Assembly (NCBI GenBank): GCA_963770565.1
Contig: CAVYQE010000011.1
Span: forward strand, 352,001-416,000
DNA length: 64,000 nt
DNA from: an uncultured Actinomycetota bacterium
GTDB taxonomy: Bacteria > Actinomycetota > Actinomycetes > JAFAQI01
Reading direction: 5' to 3'
Part shown: positions 57,716-64,000 of the stretch, piece after piece
Position numbering within the stretch: the first letter of the stretch is position 1
Layout: each line of letters starts with the position of its first letter
Notes under the pieces: generated by a model
The model's input: the letters and a program-made list of their open reading frames with translations, nothing else
What the model was told of the DNA's origin: nothing
The model's database searches: none
Position numbers and translations under genes: made by a program

Positions 57716-58999
57716 CTAGGCGCCCGCGGTCAGGAGCGCGAGGTGGTCGGCGAACGCCGGGTAGCTGGTCGCGACCGCGTCGAACCCGTCGATCCGCGAC
57801 TCGCCGTGCGCCGCGGTCGCCGCGACAGCAGCCGCCATCGCGATCCGGTGATCGCCGTGGCTGTCGACCCGCGCCGGCTGCAGCCCGTGACTGCCGGTGA
57901 TGTCGAGACCGTCGGGGTGCTCGGTGACGCTGACGCCGAAACCGGTCAGCATCGCCGCGATGGTCGCGACCCGGTCGGACTCCTTGACCCGCAGCTCGGC
58001 GGCGCCGCGGATCCGGGTGACGCCGGCTGCCAGGGCGGCCGCGATCGCGAGCGCGGGGATCTCGTCGACGAGGCCCGGCACTTCTTCCGGCGTGATGTCG
58101 GTGGCACGCAGGTCAGTGCCGCGAACCCCTACGGCGAACGCACCGCGCGCCTCGCTCGTGACGCTGATCTCGGCGCCCATCCGGCGCAGGACGTCGAGGA
58201 AACCGTCGCGAGCCGGTCCGAGATAGAGGTTGGTGATCGTCACGTCGCTGCCCGGCATGGCCGCGGCGCCGGCGATCCAGAACGCCGCCTGAGACGGGTC
58301 GCCTGGCACCGATTCGTCGAGCGGCTTCAGGGTCGACCGACGTACCGAGGTTGTCGTGCCTTCCACGGTGAGATCGGCGCCACGCGCGAGCAGCATCTCT
58401 TCGGTATGCCGCCGGCTGACCGCCGGTTCGCGGACCACGGTGGTGCCGTCCGCGGCCAGCCCGGCGAGCAGGATCGCCGACTTCACCTGCGCCGACGCGA
58501 CCGGCGTGGAGTAGTCGATGCCGTGCAGACCGCCGCCAGTGATGACGAGGGGTGCGAACGACCCACCGGACGGACCGCCGATCTCCGCGCCCATCAGCCG
58601 CAGCGGGATGGCGATCCGATCCATCGGACGGCTTCGGATCGACGCGTCTCCGTCCAGTTCGGTGCGGAACGCCAAGCCGGCGGCGACGCCGGCCAGCAGC
58701 CGGATCCCGGTCCCGGAGTTGCCGACGTCGATCACCTGGTCCGCCGGTCGCAGCCGGCCACCGGTGATGCGTACGCCGTCATCCGCCCGCGCCACGTCGG
58801 CGCCCAGCGCGACGACGGCGGCGAGCGTGTGGCCGACATCCGCGCCGTCGGAGAGCCCGTGCACGCTGCTCGTGCCGTCCGCCAACGCCGACAGCAAGAT
58901 CGCCCGATGCGAGATCGACTTGTCGCCGGGGACCTCGAGCCGGCCGGTCAATCGGGTGGGACCGGTCACCGACAGCGACCGCGCGATGTCGTCCGTCAT
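57716..58999 (-). CDS. aroA: EPSP synthase, class II-type
   Basis: PGDKSISHR, GNSGT, RPM, ASAQVKSA, RRHTE, DEIP, ELRVKESDR and DHRIAM. Confidence 0.93.
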   Translation of the reverse strand: MTDDIARSLSVTGPTRLTGRLEVPGDKSISHRAILLSALADGTSSVHGLSDGADVGHTLAAVVALGADVARADDGVRITGGRLRPADQVIDVGNSGTGIRLLAGVAAGLAFRTELDGDASIRSRPMDRIAIPLRLMGAEIGGPSGGSFAPLVITGGGLHGIDYSTPVASAQVKSAILLAGLAADGTTVVREPAVSRRHTEEMLLARGADLTVEGTTTSVRRSTLKPLDESVPGDPSQAAFWIAGAAAMPGSDVTITNLYLGPARDGFLDVLRRMGAEISVTSEARGAFAVGVRGTDLRATDITPEEVPGLVDEIPALAIAAALAAGVTRIRGAAELRVKESDRVATIAAMLTGFGVSVTEHPDGLDITGSHGLQPARVDSHGDHRIAMAAAVAATAAHGESRIDGFDAVATSYPAFADHLALLTAGA

Positions 59000-59119
59000 G
59001 GCTGTGTCGAGGGCGGCCGATCGCGCCACTCCGCCGCTACCATAGTTGTTGCATTGTAAGCAATTTGGCCATGGCTCGGCCGGGGGCGTCGGCGCGGGGT
59101 GGTCGAGAAGGGATCCGCG

Positions 59120-59824
59120 GTGACTGCTCCGTCCTCCGGTGGGTCTGGGTCGCTCGAACCGCTCCAGCTGCAGAGCACGCCGGCCCTGATCGCGGACCGG
59201 CTCCGCGCGGAGATCCTCGAGGGTGCCTTTCCCGCCGATTCGCAGCTGTCAGAGATGGAGCTGGCCCGCCAGCTGCGGGTCAGTCGTGGCCCGATTCGCG
59301 AGGCGATGCAGCGACTGATCCAGGAAGGCCTGCTTCGGGCCGAACGTAACCGGGGGGTCTTCGTGGTCGAGCTCGACCACGACGATGCCCGTGACGTTTA
59401 CCTCGCCCGCGGCGCGGTCGAGCGCACCGCGGCAGCGATCGTGACGCAGCAAGCCTCAGCGGAGGCGCTCGCGTCGCTTCAGCAGGTGGTCGACCGGCTC
59501 ACCGCGTCGCTGGACGGGGACTGGGCGGACGTCATCACCGAGGACCTCGCGTTTCACCAGACCCTGGTCGAGGCGGCTGGCAGCCTCCGGCTGTCCCGGA
59601 TGTTCCGCACCCTGCTTGCCGAGACCCGGCTGTGCCTGATCCGGCTCGAGCCGTTCTACGACGGCCGGTCCGATGTCGTGGCGGAGCACCAGGACATCCT
59701 CGACGCGATTCGCTCCGGTGACCTGGCCACTGTCGACCGCCTGATCAGCCTGCACATGGACTCTTCCGCGGCGCGTTTGTCGGTGCCGAAGACCGGAAGT
59801 GCGGGCGACGCACCCGCGGACTGA
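59120..59824 (+). CDS. GntR-family (FadR/FCD) regulator
   Basis: LSEMELARQLRVSRGPIREA wHTH; DLAFH, EHQDI and LH FCD residues. Divergent from aroA. Confidence 0.93.
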   Translation: MTAPSSGGSGSLEPLQLQSTPALIADRLRAEILEGAFPADSQLSEMELARQLRVSRGPIREAMQRLIQEGLLRAERNRGVFVVELDHDDARDVYLARGAVERTAAAIVTQQASAEALASLQQVVDRLTASLDGDWADVITEDLAFHQTLVEAAGSLRLSRMFRTLLAETRLCLIRLEPFYDGRSDVVAEHQDILDAIRSGDLATVDRLISLHMDSSAARLSVPKTGSAGDAPAD

Positions 59825-59872
59825 CCGCGGCCTACTCCGCCGGCCGAACTGGTCGGCGGGAGACTGGCCGGC

Positions 59873-60808
59873 ATGAGGGTGTTCGTGGCCGGCGCAACCG
59901 GGGTGCTGGGAGCGCGGGTGCTGCCGCTGCTCGTGCAGGCCGGGCACGAGGTCACCGGGATCAGTCGTACGCCGGCTAAGGCGGACCTGGTGCGGGCGGC
60001 CGGCGCGACGCCGGTAACGCTCGACCTGTTCGACCCGGAGGAGCTCGCCGGGGCAGTCGCCGGGCACGACGCGGTCATCAACATCGCGACCCACATCCCT
60101 GACTTGTCGAAGGCGATGCGAGCGAGCGCCTGGGCCGAGGACTACCGGATCCGCACCGAAGGCGCGCACAACCTGGTCCAGGCCGCGCTGGCAGGCGGCG
60201 CCAGTCGCTATCTCCAGGAGTCGGTGGCCTTCTTCTACGCCGATGCCGGCAGCGAGTGGGTCGACGAGGACTCGCCGGTCGACCTGCCGACGTACGCACA
60301 GGCGAGCCGGGCCGCCGAAGCCGAGGCGCAGCGGTTCACCGAGGCCGGTGGAGTCGGCGTGGTGTTGCGGTTCGGGCTGTTCTACGGCGCCGGTTCGTCG
60401 CACACCGGGAGCCAGCTCGCCATGGCCAGGCGCGGCCTCTCGCCCTTTCTCGGCGGACCGGACGGCTACCAGACCCTGCTCCACCTCGATGACGCCGCCA
60501 CTGCGGTGATCGCGGCCCTACGCGTGCCGAGTGGGGTCTACAACGTGACCGAGGACGACCCGGCGACCCGCCGTGATCTTGCGCACGCGCTCGGCGCCGC
60601 GCTGAACCGTCGGCCCGGTCGAAGCCTGCGCGGGGCGCTGCGGCTCGGCGGCGCCCGGGCGGCGTACCTCGGCCGCTCGTTGCGAGTCAGCAACCGGCGG
60701 TTCCGGACCGCGAGCGGCTGGTCCCCCGCGTACCCGACTCCGGCGCTCGGTTGGGCCCAAGTGGTCGAGGCTCAGGCGGCACTGGGTGGCGGCAACCGTC
60801 CGGAGTAG
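59873..60808 (+). CDS. NAD-dependent epimerase/dehydratase family (atypical SDR)
   Basis: FVAGATGVLG Rossmann motif, LRFGLFYG and LHLDDAA. Confidence 0.88.
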   Translation: MRVFVAGATGVLGARVLPLLVQAGHEVTGISRTPAKADLVRAAGATPVTLDLFDPEELAGAVAGHDAVINIATHIPDLSKAMRASAWAEDYRIRTEGAHNLVQAALAGGASRYLQESVAFFYADAGSEWVDEDSPVDLPTYAQASRAAEAEAQRFTEAGGVGVVLRFGLFYGAGSSHTGSQLAMARRGLSPFLGGPDGYQTLLHLDDAATAVIAALRVPSGVYNVTEDDPATRRDLAHALGAALNRRPGRSLRGALRLGGARAAYLGRSLRVSNRRFRTASGWSPAYPTPALGWAQVVEAQAALGGGNRPE

Positions 60809-60842
60809 CCAGTCGACGGTGTCTGGGGCCGACACTGTGAGG

Positions 60843-62069
60843 ATGAAGCGCTGGCGCTCCGGTGCCGCTGTGGCGGTCGTTGTGGTGGCCGGGCTCGGTG
60901 CGGGGTGGTCGGGCGCCGGGTCGGTCGCGGCGCTGGGATCGGCGCCCGCTCATCGGTCCCGACCGATCGCCGTCACGGCCTCCGGCTCGGGTCATCAGGC
61001 CCTCCCGCTGCACGTCTCGGGCAATCGGATCGTCAACTCGAACGGCAAGGCGGTCCAGCTGCACGGCTTCAACAACTCCGGCGCGGAGTACGCGTGCATC
61101 GAGGGCTGGGGGATGTTCGACGTCGACACCGCGACCAACACCTCGGTCCCGGTGTCACATGTCGTGGCGATGGCGAAGTGGACCGGCGCGAACGCGGTGC
61201 GGGTCTCGCTGAACGAGCAGTGTTGGCTCGGGCTGGCCGGGGTCAAGCCGCAGTACGCCGGCGCCCACTACGCGCATGCGATCGAGGGGTACGTCCGGGA
61301 GCTCAACGCGCACGGCTTCGCCGTGATCCTCGACCTGCACAACAGCGCACCGGGCAACGAAACCTCGCTGAACCAGGAGGAGATGCCGGACGCGCACAGC
61401 ATCGCCTTCTGGAAGCAGGTCGCGAAGGCGTTCAAGGGGAACCGGTCGGTGCTGTTCGACCTCTTCAACGAACCGTGGCCGGACGAACAGTCGCTCTCGA
61501 CCGCGGCCTGGCTGTGCTGGCGGGACGGCGGCTGCCGGCAGACGTCCCAGAACGGCGGCGCGACCTACACCGCGGTCGGGATGAACCAGCTGATCCACGC
61601 CGTGCGGTCGGTCGGCGCACGCAACATCGTGCTGGTCGGCGGTCTGAACTTCGCCTCATCGCTCGACAACTGGTTGCGCTACAAGCCGACCGATCCCGAC
61701 CACGAGCTCGCGGCGTCCATCCACATCTACTCGTGGGGTGGCTGCATCACGTCGTCCTGTTACAACGGCGTACCGGCCAGGGTGGCTGGCAAGGTGCCGC
61801 TGGTGATCGGTGAGTTCGGCGCGGACCTCACCGCCGGGTACGCGACGATCGCCGCGAGCTGTCCGCCGAAATACGACGGCACGACCGGTTTCGACCAGAC
61901 CTTGCTGACCTGGGCGAACGCCCACCACGTCAGCTGGCTGGCCTGGACCTGGAACCCGTGGGGCGACTGCCTTTCCCTCGTGCAGGATTTCGCCGGAACG
62001 CCGACCAGCCCCTATGGCATCCGGATCCGGAAGGACCTTCGCGCGGCGAGGCAGTCGCAGCGAGCGTGA
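60843..62069 (+). CDS. Secreted glycoside hydrolase family 5 (cellulase-like)
   Basis: Signal peptide, NAVRV, ILDLH, FNEP (acid/base), HIY, IGEFG (nucleophile) and WTW. Confidence 0.92.
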   Translation: MKRWRSGAAVAVVVVAGLGAGWSGAGSVAALGSAPAHRSRPIAVTASGSGHQALPLHVSGNRIVNSNGKAVQLHGFNNSGAEYACIEGWGMFDVDTATNTSVPVSHVVAMAKWTGANAVRVSLNEQCWLGLAGVKPQYAGAHYAHAIEGYVRELNAHGFAVILDLHNSAPGNETSLNQEEMPDAHSIAFWKQVAKAFKGNRSVLFDLFNEPWPDEQSLSTAAWLCWRDGGCRQTSQNGGATYTAVGMNQLIHAVRSVGARNIVLVGGLNFASSLDNWLRYKPTDPDHELAASIHIYSWGGCITSSCYNGVPARVAGKVPLVIGEFGADLTAGYATIAASCPPKYDGTTGFDQTLLTWANAHHVSWLAWTWNPWGDCLSLVQDFAGTPTSPYGIRIRKDLRAARQSQRA

Positions 62070-62082
62070 GACCATCGATGCT

Positions 62083-62784
62083 GTGGCGATTACGGCGACC
62101 AGCATCGTGCGTGGCCGGGAGGCGCAGCCGGACGCCTACACCGCGCCCGGCCTGACGCTGCGCGGAGCGGCCACCATCTTCGCCGGCACGTTCAGCGCCC
62201 GCCTGCTGGTCCCGGTCGTGCTCGCCACCGCGGTGCTGCGGGTCAGCCTCGGTGGCTGGCGCTGGTGGGACCTCGGCATCGCGGCGATCATCCTCGGCGC
62301 GCAGCCGTTCACCGAGTGGATCATCCACGTGACCGTGCTGCACCTGAAGCCCCGCACCGTCGGCCGCGTCACGATCGATCCACTCAGCTCGCGCCGGCAT
62401 CGCCAGCATCACGCCGACCCGAAGATCCTCGGGCTGGTTCTCGTTCCGCGGCCGATCATGGTCGTCACCTGCCTGACCAACGTGGCTGTCTTCTGGCTGA
62501 TCACGCCGACCTGGCGGCTGGCGCTGAGCGGGATGGTGACGGCGTACGCGATGTATCTCACCTACGAGTGGGTGCACTTCCTGATCCACTCGAGCTATCG
62601 GCCGAAGCACTGGTACTACCGCTACATCTACCGGGCCCACCGGCTGCACCACTACCGCAATGAGAACTACTGGTTCGGTGTCACGGTCCACGTCGCCGAC
62701 CATGTGCTGCGCACCTTCCCCGGTAAGGACGACGTGCCGGTGTCCGCAACCGCGTTCACCCTCGGGGTCGAGCCGACCGGCTGA
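62083..62784 (+). CDS. Fatty acid hydroxylase / sterol desaturase family
   Basis: EWIIHVTVLH, HRQHH, YEWVHFLIH and HRLHH His boxes. Start uncertain. Confidence 0.88.
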   Translation: MAITATSIVRGREAQPDAYTAPGLTLRGAATIFAGTFSARLLVPVVLATAVLRVSLGGWRWWDLGIAAIILGAQPFTEWIIHVTVLHLKPRTVGRVTIDPLSSRRHRQHHADPKILGLVLVPRPIMVVTCLTNVAVFWLITPTWRLALSGMVTAYAMYLTYEWVHFLIHSSYRPKHWYYRYIYRAHRLHHYRNENYWFGVTVHVADHVLRTFPGKDDVPVSATAFTLGVEPTG

Positions 62785-62883
62785 CCAACACCCGACTCGG
62801 GCCGGGATCCTGGTTCACTCTCGCGCTACGTCCAGGGAGTCGTTATGCTCCCGCGGACGACACTGCCGGCATTGGGGGAGGCC

Positions 62884-64000
62884 ATGCGCCGACCGAGACT
62901 CATTCGTCGCAGCCTTGCTTTGCTCGCGGTCACGACCGCGGCAGGAGCAGGCATCCAGCTGGCCGCCACGCCGCTGCTCGCACACCCCGCGGCGGCCGTG
63001 CATGTAGCGAAACCGGCGCATGCGACGCCCACGAAGTGGGTAGCCATCTCGTCGGGCAACGTGAAGACCACCGGCAACCAGCCGTCGATTGCCCGGTTCG
63101 GCAAGAACTACGAGGTGGTGTGGACCTCCGGTACCGGGACCACCTGGGCACTCCATGGGCGGATCCTCGACGCGGCCGGCAAGCCGCTCGGCTCGCAGCT
63201 GAACATCCTGCCGACGAACTGGACCGGTGTCGCGCTCGACCCGACGATCCTGTCTTACGGTGGCAAGCGCACGATCGCGTTCGGCGGTGGCAAGACCGGC
63301 AAGTCCGGTGCGTACGACACGAACGCCGAGTACATGACCACCAGCTCGGACGGGAAGACCTGGTCGCTGTACGCCGGCAGCCTCTCGGCGGACGACGGCG
63401 CAGCGAACGGCTCGACCGCCGTCATCGCGGACGGCACCAACCTCGTCGTCGGTCTGGCTCGCACCGACGCCGTCGCCTATCACATCGGCGCGCCGTCACC
63501 CGCGGACCCGCAGTCTGGACCCGACCCGTTGACCAGCGACACCGGCAACTTCTCCTACGACCCAGGTCTGGGCAAGGACGCCAAGACCGGTCAGGTGTGG
63601 GCGCTGTGGTACTCCAACAGCGGGATCAACGGCAAGGACGGCGTCAACGCCCAGGTGATCGCTCCCAGCCTGGGTGCCCGGGTCCACGCACCCGGTTCAT
63701 CCGATCCCGTCAACAAGTCGGCCGGTGTCCAGCAGGATCTGCCCGCGGTGCAGCGGGTCGGCGGGGGCGTGTACACGGCCTACCGGGTGTCCAACACACT
63801 CTCTATCGACGTGTGGAAGGTCGGGTCGAGCAAGGTGCTGGCCACGATCCCGGACAAGCTGTGGGGGGTCTCCTACGTCACGATGGCCGCCGGGCCGGGC
63901 GGCCGCCTGTGGCTGTTCTGGACCGACCGCAACGGCTGGCGCGCGACCCGCAGCAACAAGGCGGGCACGAAGTTCGGGCCCGTCCTCGTCTCGAAGATTC
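62884..64000 (+). CDS. Secreted beta-propeller-like hypothetical protein (truncated by window end)
   Basis: Not in the ORF track because it has no stop. Manual reading MRRPRLIRRSLALLAVTTAAGAG..., GGGGAG RBS, Asp-box-like SSDGKTW. Confidence 0.7.
   Translation, partial: MRRPRLIRRSLALLAVTTAAGAGIQLAATPLLAHPAAAVHVAKPAHATPTKWVAISSGNVKTTGNQPSIARFGKNYEVVWTSGTGTTWALHGRILDAAGKPLGSQLNILPTNWTGVALDPTILSYGGKRTIAFGGGKTGKSGAYDTNAEYMTTSSDGKTWSLYAGSLSADDGAANGSTAVIADGTNLVVGLARTDAVAYHIGAPSPADPQSGPDPLTSDTGNFSYDPGLGKDAKTGQVWALWYSNSGINGKDGVNAQVIAPSLGARVHAPGSSDPVNKSAGVQQDLPAVQRVGGGVYTAYRVSNTLSIDVWKVGSSKVLATIPDKLWGVSYVTMAAGPGGRLWLFWTDRNGWRATRSNKAGTKFGPVLVSKI

Noticed and set aside
38646-59824. Dedicated glyphosate degradation cluster
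   Set aside because: No C-P lyase, glycine-oxidase-type enzyme or glyoxylate carboligase is visible; only the class II aroA hints at it

Overview
A GC-rich actinobacterial chromosomal window. It opens with the conserved core block (VWA/CoxE 3' end)-nadD-LCP-rsfS-histidine phosphatase-tRNA-Ala(GGC). Mostly accessory DNA follows: three tandem secreted 7-blade Vgb-like beta-propeller/FN3 paralogs; furA-katG with a recognisable FurA box; a cell-wall glycopolymer locus (two GT2-TagF fusions, four sulfotransferase-like genes, cytidylyltransferase plus glycerol-1-phosphate-dehydrogenase-like pair, methyltransferase); a fluoride riboswitch with a crcB pair; a signalling cluster (two sensor-less histidine kinases, NarL-type regulator, GGDEF/EAL proteins, a double recombinase-domain protein); and TetR-MFS. 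A large putatively GntR-controlled metabolic region (38.6-59.8 kb) holds three class-III aminotransferases, an active-site-variant enolase and glycerate-kinase homolog, a FAD oxidoreductase, a peptide-type ABC importer and a class II EPSP synthase. It is interrupted by a phosphoesterase-efeO-efeB operon. The strongest candidates for undescribed biology are that metabolic region and the sulfated teichoic-acid-like locus. No CRISPR array, rRNA, integrase or transposase was seen. All calls come from reading motifs by eye; no database search was run.
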